Shown piece by piece: positions 1 through 10,621 of a stretch of DNA of 39,856 nt. The notes beneath the pieces are model-generated. The model searched no databases, had not been told where the DNA came from, and was given only the letters and a program-made list of their open reading frames with translations. Within the stretch, counting starts at the first letter, position 1. The number at the start of each line of letters is the position of its first letter. The stretch lies in sequence record SRR20825006_350, one strand, 5' to 3'. The position numbers and the translations under genes are program-made.

Positions 1-879
1 CTCGCCGCTCATGGCGACGTTCATCTTGGCGTCGAAGCCTTCCTGGTCGCCGAAGATGTTCTTGAGGGGACCGGCGCCAAGAAGCTTGGAGCCGAGCGCC
101 TTGTTGACGCCGATGTTTTTGACATCGACCTCATCGACCATCTCGCCGTCGACCTTGGGGATCTTGGACTCGGGGATCTCGGACTCTTCGTCGCCGAACT
201 TCCCTTCCTCGCCACCAGCTTTCTTACCGGTGGTGTCCTCTTCAGGCTCTTCGACCTCTTCCTCCTCGAGCGGATCCTTGACGTCCTCGACGAGGAACTC
301 GACGAAGCGGTCTTCGGCGAAGAGCGGGTTAAGCTCCGCCTCGGGATCGTAGGAGAGGAACGCCGCCAGGAGCAGGCCGCCGTGCACCACGCCCGAGAGC
401 GCGATGAAGCCAGCGAGCACTGCCGTCAGGCCGGTGACCGCGCCGATAAGGCCGCGGCGAGGCACAGCCGGGGGGCGGTCGATAAGCTGGAAGAAGACCT
501 GAGTCGTGTCACTGACGTGGACCAGGCCCCAGTCGCCATTCTTCATGGTGACTTCGAAGACATTGGCGCTGCCGTCCTCGGTCGATGCCGAGCCGGTCTT
601 GGTCGCCTTACCTTCGAGCTCGTCGAGGTCGTAGTCCTCGTCGTCGATGCTCAGGTTACCCTCGACCTTATCCGTGTAACGCACGGTGTAGCTCCCGTCA
701 GCCTGACGTTCGAACATCTCGAACGCGTCGGGGATGCCAGGGGCGAGGACAATAAAAAGGTTCTTGTCGTTCTCACCGACCGTGACGATCGGATCGTTGG
801 TCTGGTTGAAGGTCTTCTCTTGGACGACCGTTCCGTTCCAGACCAGCGCGACACGTAAGCATTGGTTAATAGCACTCAC
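1..879 (-). CDS. AgmX/PglI (GltG)-like TonB-family membrane protein, 5' part only (runs off window)
   Basis: Not in the ORF track; translated by hand. GTG at 879 with GGGAG upstream, open to position 1: MSAINQCLRVALVWNGTVVQEKTF...VFFQLIDRPP, one TM (AVLAGFIALSGVVHGGLLLAAFL), then acidic/Gly region with GKKAGGEEGKFG, resembling myxobacterial AgmX/PglI-type proteins. The diagnostic C-terminal domain lies outside the window. Confidence 0.65.
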   Translation of the reverse strand, partial: MSAINQCLRVALVWNGTVVQEKTFNQTNDPIVTVGENDKNLFIVLAPGIPDAFEMFERQADGSYTVRYTDKVEGNLSIDDEDYDLDELEGKATKTGSASTEDGSANVFEVTMKNGDWGLVHVSDTTQVFFQLIDRPPAVPRRGLIGAVTGLTAVLAGFIALSGVVHGGLLLAAFLSYDPEAELNPLFAEDRFVEFLVEDVKDPLEEEEVEEPEEDTTGKKAGGEEGKFGDEESEIPESKIPKVDGEMVDEVDVKNIGVNKALGSKLLGAGPLKNIFGDQEGFDAKMNVAMSGE

Positions 880-1074
880 AGGCTCTTGCTCCCTTCTGTT
901 CTATGTGTCTCTCAGCCCTAGTTCGTCCCTCATCGAGGCGCTCTTCCGAATCTTCTCGGGAAAAACGCGCTTGGGTTCGAGGGGTGAGAGGCAGCCACCA
1001 TCTTGGATGGAGCGGCTAGCTTCAGGGGCAAGTTCACTTGGTGTGGGAACTTTGCCCACCCTGAAGGACACCGC

Positions 1075-1103
1075 ACGATACTTCTCGTCTATCTTCTCGT
1101 CAA
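1075..1103 (-). promoter_or_regulatory. Putative sigma70 promoter for the AgmX/PglI-like gene
   Basis: Minus strand TTGACG (1103-1098), 17-nt spacer, TATCGT (1080-1075). Confidence 0.55.
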
Positions 1104-1272
1104 GCGTTTCGCCCACGGCATAAGCACGACCCGTTTTTGTCACCGTTGTCGTGCCCGTGAGCGAGTTTTCGAGGTACCTCGACGAGCGTTCATGCATACA
1201 GAGTCCCGAGAGGCCAAAAAGTTCCCCGCGCGCCTCCCTTTTTTCACCGCCCGAGGTTCTTTTACGCTGAAT

Positions 1273-1302
1273 TTCACAACACTTGCTGCGCGTGTTAATA
1301 AT
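1273..1302 (+). promoter_or_regulatory. Possible sigma70 promoter for the pseudo-protease/tilS unit
   Basis: TTCACA (1273-1278) followed after 17-18 nt by TAATAAT in an AT-rich patch. Confidence 0.3.
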
Positions 1303-1396
1303 TTGGTCACGCGCTCTCGCGGCCTTGTTTCCTCCTCGTTTCGAGGGTCGACGGCGGCATCGAGCGCGCGCAGTTTTTCGACACGCGAGGTTGACC

Positions 1397-2392
1397 ATGC
1401 GCCATACAGTTTCGACATCTGCTCGACAGAAAAACGTAAAATATATCTGCGATCCCTTCTTCAGGGTGCTCTCGCACGCGGTGGTCCTCTCGTTTTTGAT
1501 GGCCTTGCCTGCCATGGCCAACGCGCAGCAACCTGACAAAAAGAACAAGGATGGGATCCCCAGGTTCGAGGAGCTCACCATCGAGCGCGTCTCGCCAGAG
1601 GACCTGGCCGATGGCGTCACCATCGAGGACCCTACCCGCGTCATCAAGCGACCCACAAAGCTCCCGAGGCCGCCGTCTGATACCGAGCTCGCCGAGACCA
1701 GGGCGCGCGTCTCCAAATACGTCGTCGAGGTCGTCGCCATTCATATGCCCCCCAGGCCCTACAGGCAGGTGCCCCGCATCTTTCGCGGACATGGCGTGTG
1801 GATCACGCCGCCCGGTGCGAACACCCCGGTGCTGATTACGACCCTCGACTGGCTCGAGGGCGCAAAGGAGCTCTACATGTTGCCCGCGGGCGAGTCGGGG
1901 CCGGATACGCGCAAACGCTCCAGGCTCCCTGCCACCACGGACACCTACAAGCTCGACGCCATGACCGCCGGCTACGAGGCAAAGAACTTCGAGAAGCACA
2001 AGCGCAAGTACAAGCCTGTCAAGCTCGTCGTCGGAGATCGTCACCGCAACCTCGCCATGCTCTCTGCCCCTTCCGAGCACACGCCATCGACCGGGCTCGA
2101 GCTCTTCGACGTCGAGAACGAGGCGCTCTCCACCGTGTACGGTTACTCCCCGCAACGCCCCGAGCAATTGACCGCCGCGGCGATCCTTCCATCCCAACCT
2201 CAGGAAGAAGCGCTCAGTTATTACTTCCAGACAAGCTATGTCGGCATCCTCGGCGCTCCTCTCCTATCTCGTGATGGGCGCGTCGTGGTCATCAACGCGA
2301 TCCATCACCCCGAGGATGCGACGCGCTCGCTCGCCATCCCCCCAGGATCACTGCGCTACTTTTTGAAGAAGCAAACCGAAGAGAAGAAGTGA
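1397..2392 (+). CDS. Exported trypsin-like (HtrA-type fold) protein, catalytic triad apparently absent
   Basis: ATG 1397 with GAGG 6 nt upstream; signal peptide ending AMANA; segments GHGVWI, VLITTLDW, VVGDRHRNLAML, YFQT...LGAPLLSRDGRVVVIN align by eye to trypsin-like protease blocks. Stop overlaps tilS start (GTGA). Confidence 0.6.
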   Translation: MRHTVSTSARQKNVKYICDPFFRVLSHAVVLSFLMALPAMANAQQPDKKNKDGIPRFEELTIERVSPEDLADGVTIEDPTRVIKRPTKLPRPPSDTELAETRARVSKYVVEVVAIHMPPRPYRQVPRIFRGHGVWITPPGANTPVLITTLDWLEGAKELYMLPAGESGPDTRKRSRLPATTDTYKLDAMTAGYEAKNFEKHKRKYKPVKLVVGDRHRNLAMLSAPSEHTPSTGLELFDVENEALSTVYGYSPQRPEQLTAAAILPSQPQEEALSYYFQTSYVGILGAPLLSRDGRVVVINAIHHPEDATRSLAIPPGSLRYFLKKQTEEKK

Positions 2393-3882
2393 GCACACTG
2401 GAACAGCGCGCGCGAGCAGCGCTCGCGCGCCTCGCGCGACAGGGCCACGATCGCTGGCTGATCTGTCTTAGCGGCGGTTTGGACTCGCGCGTCCTCTACC
2501 ACCTGGCCGCGCTCCACGCGGCCGAGGTCGGCGCGACGCTGGCTTCTGTGCATGTGCACCACGGGCTTCGCGAGAGCGCCGATGTGGACGCGACGTTCTG
2601 CGAACAGCTCGCGCGATCACATGACTACCCCGTCCACATCCCCCACAAGACGATCCGACTGGAGGTCGAGAAGGGAAACTCCACGCAGCGCAGCGCGCGC
2701 ATCGCGCGCTGGGCGGCCATCGCCAGAGCGATGGCCGCCCATGGCATGACGTGCGCGCTCACCGCACATCACGAGGATGATCGCTTCGAGACCATGCTCA
2801 TCAACGCCACGCGAGGCGCAGGTCTCGTCGGACTCGCGGCGCTCTCCGAGCCGATCGCCCCCTTCCCGCTGGGCGGCGCCAGTGATTCTTCATTTGTCGT
2901 CGCGCGCCCCTTGCTCGAGGTCTCACGCGAAGAGATCGAGGACTACGCCAGGACACACGACCTGGCGTGGATCGAAGACCCGACAAACGCCACCGATCTC
3001 TACGCGCGCAACAAGCTGCGCCATCACGTCCTCCCACAACTGCTCGCCGAACCACACGCGCGCCAGGGGTTAAGGCAAACCCTGGACAACCTCGCCGCCA
3101 GCGCGCGCGAGACGTTGGAGGAAGCTCACGACTTGCTGGAGCGCGCCGCACGTGAGGTCGAGAAACCGGGCGAAGTCGCGCTCTCGAGGGACATCTTCCA
3201 GGCTGCGTCCGAGCGCTCACGCGCGCGCGCGATCCTTATACTCGCTGAAAAACTTCACGCGCGCTGGGATAGCGAGGTGATCGCGCGCATCGAGCGCGCG
3301 CTGGAGAAGCCGCGTCACAAGGAGAGCCTGCCTGATGTATGGCTCCGGCTGGATCAGGAGCTTTTGAGGTTGACGCCAACCCATGGCACGCGTGGTGATC
3401 GAAGCATCGTCGAGGTCGCGCACGAGATCCCGATCGATCTCGACAGGCCAAACGGCTCCATCCCATGGTTTGGCGATACGCTATTTTGGGAGGTGCTCGC
3501 GGTAAACGAAGCCGCGAGCGCAGAGGTTGCAGACAAAGATTTCGGACAACAACTCGTCATCGAGCGAAACCTCATCGAGGAACCGTTGCTTCTGCGTGGC
3601 CCCAGACCGGGAGAACGCATTCGGTTAGCGAAAGAGCGCGATGTGAAGATTAAAGAATTGTTAAGAAGCCACGGCGTCGACGCGGAGCTGCGCTGGCGAC
3701 AGGGGTGTCTCGTGAGCGCGGAGCATGTGTTGTGGCTACCCTTATTGGGGGTATGTGCCGACATTACACATGTACGATCCGCGCGCGCACGCACGCGAGG
3801 AAGTTCGAAGGATGTCACAGCGAAGGCGTCGGCAACCACAGAACTGGTGCGTTTCAGGTGGCAGCGAGCAGGCGGGAAATAA
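2389..3882 (+). CDS. tilS: tRNA(Ile)-lysidine synthetase
   Basis: PP-loop SGGLDS, HVHHGLR, AHHEDDRFET, RPLL, EDPTN, RNKLRH; directly upstream of ftsH. Confidence 0.95.
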   Translation: MSTLEQRARAALARLARQGHDRWLICLSGGLDSRVLYHLAALHAAEVGATLASVHVHHGLRESADVDATFCEQLARSHDYPVHIPHKTIRLEVEKGNSTQRSARIARWAAIARAMAAHGMTCALTAHHEDDRFETMLINATRGAGLVGLAALSEPIAPFPLGGASDSSFVVARPLLEVSREEIEDYARTHDLAWIEDPTNATDLYARNKLRHHVLPQLLAEPHARQGLRQTLDNLAASARETLEEAHDLLERAAREVEKPGEVALSRDIFQAASERSRARAILILAEKLHARWDSEVIARIERALEKPRHKESLPDVWLRLDQELLRLTPTHGTRGDRSIVEVAHEIPIDLDRPNGSIPWFGDTLFWEVLAVNEAASAEVADKDFGQQLVIERNLIEEPLLLRGPRPGERIRLAKERDVKIKELLRSHGVDAELRWRQGCLVSAEHVLWLPLLGVCADITHVRSARARTRGSSKDVTAKASATTELVRFRWQRAGGK

Positions 3883-3899
3883 TCTCTTCTCGTGAAGTC

Positions 3900-3928
3900 T
3901 TAAACCTGAGGCGTGAGTCTGCTAACCT
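3900..3928 (+). promoter_or_regulatory. Possible ftsH promoter
   Basis: TTAAAC-17 nt-TAACCT with extended TG (TGCTAACCT). An alternative TTGCGC-19 nt-TAAAAT lies at 4039-4069. Confidence 0.3.
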
Positions 3929-4116
3929 TCATGCCGGAAGAAAACCGCGCCCCGGCCAAAGCACCAGGCATCTTCAATCCATGCCCTCTTCGATCAGGGC
4001 TTCCGCAAGTTCGACCTACTGAAGGTTCGAGAAAGGGCTTGCGCCAAAGGGCGCGGGACGTTCTAAAATGAGCGTTCAACGCGCACCACGCGCGCAACGA
4101 CACATAGGTAGTCAAA

Positions 4117-6105
4117 GTGTTGAACAAGATCCCCCCACGCTCCTGGCTCGTCTGGCTGTTTATCGTGCTGTTGGTCTTTGCCGTCATCAGCATCCTCTCA
4201 GACCGCTCGGGTGAGTCCTCAGCCATCAAGTTCAGTGAGTTCCGCGAAGCCGTGGTCCAGGGCCACGTCTCGAGCGTCGAAGTCAAAGGGATGGAGGTCA
4301 ATGGCGAGTTCACCAAGGACTGGGCCAAGAAGAAGTACAAGGGCAAGGAAGACTTCACGACGGTCGGACCGATCGGCGAGGACCTCCAGGATGTGCTCCA
4401 GGCCAAGGAGGTCACCTACACGTTCGTCGAGGCCAAGGACAACAGCTTCTGGCAGACGTTCATCGTGAACATGCTGCTGGTGCTCTTTTTGGTGATCGCG
4501 ATCGTCTTCATCATGCGCCAGTTCCAGGGTGGCTCTGGGAAGGCGATGACCTTTGGCAAGTCGCGCGCCAAGCTCTTGAACGAGAACCAGAACAAGGTCA
4601 CCTTCAACGACATCGCGGGCATCGACGAGGCCAAGGAAGAGCTCCAGGAAGTCGTCGAGTTTTTGCGCAACCCCAAGAAGTTCACGCGCCTCGGCGGCAG
4701 GATCCCCAAGGGTGTCCTGCTCATGGGCCAGCCGGGCACGGGCAAGACCTTGCTCGCGCGCGGCGTCGCTGGCGAGGCGGGCGTCCCCTTCTTCTCGATC
4801 TCCGGCTCGGACTTCGTGGAGATGTTCGTGGGCGTCGGCGCATCGCGCGTGCGTGACCTGTTCGAGCAGGCAAAGAAGCACGCGCCCTGTATTATCTTCA
4901 TCGACGAGATCGACGCCGTCGGCCGACACCGCGGCTCGGGCATGGGCGGCGGTCACGACGAGCGCGAGCAGACCTTGAACCAGCTCCTCGTCGAGATGGA
5001 TGGCTTCGAGTCCAACGAGGGCGTGATCCTCGTCGCGGCCACGAACCGCCCCGACGTGCTCGACCCTGCCTTGCTGCGCCCCGGCCGCTTCGATCGCCGC
5101 GTGGTGGTCTCGGCGCCTGATGTCCGCGGTCGCGAGCAGATCCTCAAGATCCACACGCGACGCACGCCGCTGGCAAAAAATATCGACCTCGGCCAGATCG
5201 CGCGCGGCACCCCCGGGTTCTCCGGTGCTGATCTCGAGAACCTCGTCAACGAAGCCGCCCTTCTGGCAGCGCGCAAGAACAAGGAGCGCGTCGAGATCTC
5301 GGACTTCGAAGACGCCAAGGACAAGGTGTTGATGGGCGCCGAGCGCAAGTCCGCGATCATCAACAAGAAGGAGCGTCGTCTGACGGCATTCCACGAAGCG
5401 GGCCACGCGCTCGTCGCGCTCCTGCTCGATGACACCGACCCCGTGCACAAGGTCACCATCGTCCCTCGTGGCCGCGCGCTCGGCGTCACGCAGCAGCTCC
5501 CCGACGAGGACCGCTACACGATGACGCGCAACTACGCCATCAACCGCATCGCGGTCATGATGGGAGGGCGCGCCGCAGAAGAGGTCGTCTTTGGCGAAAT
5601 CACCAGCGGCGCAGGCAATGATATTCAGGTCGCCACCAACCTCGCGCGCAAGATGGTGTGCGAGTGGGGCATGAGCGATGTCATCGGGCCGCTTCGTTAC
5701 GCGGGTGGAGACACCAACCCCTTCCTCAGCGGTGGCATGGGCGGCAGCAGCAGCGCGCCCTACTCCGAGGACGTGGCGCAAAAGATCGACGCCGAGCTCA
5801 ACCGCATCATCAGCTCGCAGTACCAGGCGGCCATCGAACTCCTCGAGGAGAACCGTCACCTGCTCGACCTGATGTCGGAAGCGCTGCTCGAGTTCGAAGT
5901 GCTCGACGCGGACGAGATCAAGATCATGCTCGAGGACGAGAACCTCGATCGCATCCGCGAGCAACGAGAAGCATCCGAGAAAGAGGAAGAAGAACGCCGC
6001 GAGCGCGACCGCGCGCCCAAGACGGACTTCAGCTCCAAGCTCAAGGATCAACTCAGCGACCTGACCACCGGCCAACCTCCTCTCGCCAGCGATCCGTCTG
6101 CTTGA
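4117..6105 (+). CDS. ftsH: ATP-dependent zinc metalloprotease FtsH
   Basis: Two N-terminal TMs, Walker A GQPGTGKT, Walker [36 protein letters not shown] zinc motif. Confidence 0.99.
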   Translation: MLNKIPPRSWLVWLFIVLLVFAVISILSDRSGESSAIKFSEFREAVVQGHVSSVEVKGMEVNGEFTKDWAKKKYKGKEDFTTVGPIGEDLQDVLQAKEVTYTFVEAKDNSFWQTFIVNMLLVLFLVIAIVFIMRQFQGGSGKAMTFGKSRAKLLNENQNKVTFNDIAGIDEAKEELQEVVEFLRNPKKFTRLGGRIPKGVLLMGQPGTGKTLLARGVAGEAGVPFFSISGSDFVEMFVGVGASRVRDLFEQAKKHAPCIIFIDEIDAVGRHRGSGMGGGHDEREQTLNQLLVEMDGFESNEGVILVAATNRPDVLDPALLRPGRFDRRVVVSAPDVRGREQILKIHTRRTPLAKNIDLGQIARGTPGFSGADLENLVNEAALLAARKNKERVEISDFEDAKDKVLMGAERKSAIINKKERRLTAFHEAGHALVALLLDDTDPVHKVTIVPRGRALGVTQQLPDEDRYTMTRNYAINRIAVMMGGRAAEEVVFGEITSGAGNDIQVATNLARKMVCEWGMSDVIGPLRYAGGDTNPFLSGGMGGSSSAPYSEDVAQKIDAELNRIISSQYQAAIELLEENRHLLDLMSEALLEFEVLDADEIKIMLEDENLDRIREQREASEKEEEERRERDRAPKTDFSSKLKDQLSDLTTGQPPLASDPSA

Positions 6106-6107
6106 CG

Positions 6108-6974
6108 ATGCCCGATCTCCAACCGCTCCAATTGCCTCATGGCGCCGGCGCGCTCCCTCTGGGAGCGCGCCGGCATGTCATGGGGATTCTCAACGTCACG
6201 CCCGACTCCTTCTCGGATGGTGGGCTGTTCTTCGCGCACAGCAACGCGATCGAGCACGCGCTCGAGATGCTCTCTCAGGGCGCCAGAATCATCGATATCG
6301 GCGGCGAGTCCACGCGCCCAGGCGCAGAGCCCGTCTCCGAACAGGAAGAGCTCGAGCGTGTGGTCCCCGTCATCGAAGGCATCCTTGAAAAGGCGCCCGA
6401 GGCGATCCTCTCGATCGACACGACCAAGTCGCGCGTGGCGGATGCGGCGATCAGCGCCGGCGCTCATATCATCAATGACATCTCGGGGCTCGGGTTTGAC
6501 CCGGAAATAGCGCAGGTTGCGGCCGCTCACGACGCACCGCTTATCCTGATGCATATCCGCGGCACGCCCGAGACGATGCAGTCGGACACGCGCTACGAGG
6601 ATCTCCAGGCCGAACTGGAGGCGTACTTCCACGAGCGCATCGAGCTCGCCGTCAGCGCGGGCATTCCACGCTCACAGCTCGTGCTCGATCCAGGCATCGG
6701 CTTTGGAAAGAGCGTCGAGCAGAACTACCAGCTCGTTCGAGACATCCCGAGGTTGGCAGCGCTCGGTTTCGGGATCTTGCTCGGGACCTCTCGCAAGAGC
6801 TTCATCGGCAAACTGCTCGATCGACCCGCCGATGAACGACTCATGGGCACCGCCGCGAGTATAGCGTGTGGGGTCTTCCTCGGCGCGCATATCTTGCGCG
6901 TACACGATGTCGCGCAGATGGTGGATGTGATCAAGGTGGCAGAAACGATCGCGTCACCATCATTGGCAAGGTAA
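6108..6974 (+). CDS. folP: Dihydropteroate synthase
   Basis: MGILNVTPDSFSDGG, IDIGGESTRPG, DPGIGFGK, SRKSF, LRVHDV; ATG 2 nt after the ftsH stop (upstream part of the listed ORF overlaps ftsH and is discarded). Confidence 0.97.
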   Translation: MPDLQPLQLPHGAGALPLGARRHVMGILNVTPDSFSDGGLFFAHSNAIEHALEMLSQGARIIDIGGESTRPGAEPVSEQEELERVVPVIEGILEKAPEAILSIDTTKSRVADAAISAGAHIINDISGLGFDPEIAQVAAAHDAPLILMHIRGTPETMQSDTRYEDLQAELEAYFHERIELAVSAGIPRSQLVLDPGIGFGKSVEQNYQLVRDIPRLAALGFGILLGTSRKSFIGKLLDRPADERLMGTAASIACGVFLGAHILRVHDVAQMVDVIKVAETIASPSLAR

Positions 6975-7148
6975 AGCAAAAGTTTTGGCCATGGTAAGAT
7001 CCGTGGTACATCTTCATGCGGTGTGTCGACACTGGCCTTCGAGTTCTCTCAGACGCAAACAGCCCTGAACACCATCAGGTGACTTTCGGGGCCCCTCGAG
7101 TCAGTCTGGCACCTCCCATCCCATTTGTTTTGAAGTGATCGCGCGACC

Positions 7149-8051
7149 ATGATGGACACTCTGTTCAACATCCTACAGGTCTCGTCCTGGACAGAGGTGC
7201 CGCTGGTCCTCCTCGATGTCGCGATCGTCTATTACATCATCTATCGCATCCTCCTGCTGATCAAAGGCACGCGCGCAGCGCAGATGCTGCTCGGGTTGCT
7301 CCTGGTGTTGGTGTTCTTCTTTGTCTCTGGCAAGAACCTGTTGGATCTGAGGATCACGAACTGGTTCCTGGACAAGGTGATCGCGAACTTCATCATCATC
7401 GTCGTGATCATCTTCCAGACGGATATTCGCCGCGCGCTGGCGCAGGCAGGCGGCCGCACCTCGATCTTTCGGCAAACCTCCGCGCTCCAGGAGTCCTACA
7501 TCCTCGAGGAGATCATCAAGGCATCTGCGATGCTCTCTTCGCGGCAAATCGGCGCGCTCATCGCGCTCGAGCGCGAGGCATCTCTCGGGGAGTTCGTCGA
7601 GCGAGGGATCGCGCTCGACGCGGCCGTCACAAAGGATCTGCTGTTTAGCCTGTTCCTGCCCGAGCACCAGAACCCGCTCCACGATGGGGCGGCGGTTGTC
7701 CAGAAAGGGAGGATCTCTGCGGCAGGTTGCGTGCTTCCACTGACGAACAACCCTCGCGTCGACAAGAGCTTTGGGACACGGCACAGGGCAGGCATTGGCC
7801 TGAGCGAAGACTACGACGCGGCGATCGTGATCGTGAGTGAGGAGACGCGCATGGTCTCGGTGGCTTACCGAGGTGAGCTCTACAGAGATCTCGAGACCGC
7901 CGAGCTCCGCGAGCTGCTTCAGAAGATCTTCCGCACGAAGGCGAGCGCCACGGAGAAGGAGTCCCTGCTCGAGATCATCAACAAACTGCGCACGCGCGGC
8001 AAGGCCACCAACGTCAGCAAGTCCGAAGAGGAAGAGGAGGTGGCAGAGTGA
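7149..8051 (+). CDS. cdaA: Membrane diadenylate cyclase CdaA/DacA (c-di-AMP synthase)
   Basis: Three N-terminal TMs, IFQTDIRRAL, catalytic motifs HDGA and GTRHRAG, VSEET; followed by a YbbR-domain gene and glmM. Confidence 0.96.
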   Translation: MMDTLFNILQVSSWTEVPLVLLDVAIVYYIIYRILLLIKGTRAAQMLLGLLLVLVFFFVSGKNLLDLRITNWFLDKVIANFIIIVVIIFQTDIRRALAQAGGRTSIFRQTSALQESYILEEIIKASAMLSSRQIGALIALEREASLGEFVERGIALDAAVTKDLLFSLFLPEHQNPLHDGAAVVQKGRISAAGCVLPLTNNPRVDKSFGTRHRAGIGLSEDYDAAIVIVSEETRMVSVAYRGELYRDLETAELRELLQKIFRTKASATEKESLLEIINKLRTRGKATNVSKSEEEEEVAE

Positions 8052-9007
8052 AGAACTTCTCCCTCATCTCGTTTACGCGCGGGCTGTTCCTCGAGAACGC
8101 ATACTACAAGCTCTTCTCGGCGGTGCTCGTGCTCCTGTTGTACGTCTGGGTGTTGGGAGATAGCGACTCCGAGATCGCGCTCCTCGCGCCGGTGCGCGTG
8201 GCCACGATCGAGGACGCGGTGCTCGTCAACGAACCAGCATCACAGGTTCAGGTCACCGTCCGAGGTCGCTGGAACGTCCTCCAGCGGTTTGGCCAAAAGG
8301 GGGAGTTCTCGCCAGTGGTTCTTCGCCCCACGAAGACGGAAGGCACCGAGATGTTGCGCGTGGAGGGGTCGATGTTCGACCTCCCCTCGGGGTTACAGAT
8401 TACCAACATCCAACCCACGTTTATCCGCGTCGAGCTCAAGCCGAGGGCCTCCAAGAGGGTCCCACTTCGCGCTCGTACTGTGGGCAAGCCCGCCGAAGGT
8501 CACACGCTAGGAGAGATCACGCTCAAGCCCGCGACCGTCGAAATCAGCGGTCCTCGCGAGGAGGTCTTGCGCACGCGCTTTGTCACCACAGACCCGATCG
8601 ACGTGACCGATCGCAAGGCCTCGTTCAACGAGCAGCTCGAGCTCCGCTACGACTCGCCTAATATCCGCGACGAGCTCGCGCAACCTGTCCAGGCGAGCGT
8701 CACGATCAAGACCATCGAGATCGAGCGCGAGCTCGAAAACCTGGAGTTGCGCGCGGTCAACACCTCGCTCCAGGCAACGATCGAGCCCGCGTCTGTCAAA
8801 ATCACCGTCCGCGGCCCTCGCCCCCTTGTTCAGGGTCTCGATCCGAAGAAGGTCCTGGCGAGCATCGATCTCTCTGACGTGAAGGCGCCGGGGCTCTACC
8901 AAAAGAAGGCGACCGTCAGCAACCTCCCGGCAGGGATCACGCTGGTCGACTCCTTCCCCACCGACTTCCAGGTCAAGGTCACGGCACCTGCGCCGTCGCC
9001 AGAGTAG
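8048..9007 (+). CDS. cdaR: CdaR/YbbR-domain regulator of CdaA
   Basis: N-terminal TM (YKLFSAVLVLLLYVWV), repeated PxxVxVTVRG YbbR-like units; GTGA overlap with cdaA. Confidence 0.88.
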   Translation: MKNFSLISFTRGLFLENAYYKLFSAVLVLLLYVWVLGDSDSEIALLAPVRVATIEDAVLVNEPASQVQVTVRGRWNVLQRFGQKGEFSPVVLRPTKTEGTEMLRVEGSMFDLPSGLQITNIQPTFIRVELKPRASKRVPLRARTVGKPAEGHTLGEITLKPATVEISGPREEVLRTRFVTTDPIDVTDRKASFNEQLELRYDSPNIRDELAQPVQASVTIKTIEIERELENLELRAVNTSLQATIEPASVKITVRGPRPLVQGLDPKKVLASIDLSDVKAPGLYQKKATVSNLPAGITLVDSFPTDFQVKVTAPAPSPE

Positions 9008-9187
9008 CCACCCGACGCGAAGCGCCAAACGCTCGCGTGATCTGTGCCGCCATCCTCTCTGCCCACGCTCTTGACAGACATCCTCATCAGGGCGAGTGTT
9101 CATGCTTTGAAAGCGAGCAGATTTCGAGCAAGTGGTTTGCCTGTGTGAACGCCGATTTCCTCGCCAGATAGAAACCAGGAGAGAATC

Positions 9188-10555
<1,368 letters not shown>

Positions 10556-10621
10556 CACTGGACCATCGATCGCACCGAACCGAGGAACTTAGCCCGAGCG
10601 AGCAAGACCAGAGGAGAGAGG

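Noticed and set aside
901-1740. 279-aa minus-strand ORF and 1003-1536 plus-strand ORF
   Set aside because: They overlap the promoter/leader region and the 1397-2392 gene and have non-coding-like composition.
2407-2429. 10-bp GC-only inverted repeat at the tilS 5' end
   Set aside because: Built from GCGC runs that are common throughout this sequence; likely chance.
4219-6075. Long antisense ORFs (also 8507-10558, 10589-12400, 22397-23719, 28397-30259, 33538-35121, 34986-36764, 36876-38765)
   Set aside because: Each shadows a clearly recognisable gene on the opposite strand and has no motifs; expected from high-GC codon bias.
5658-6107. N-terminal extension of the folP ORF overlapping ftsH
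   Set aside because: Arg-rich off-frame reading of ftsH; DHPS similarity begins after ATG 6108.
7052-7059. GACGCAAA as a c-di-GMP-I riboswitch core (also near 35081)
   Set aside because: The upstream GGCAAA/GAAA-tetraloop stem and the downstream receptor stem are missing.
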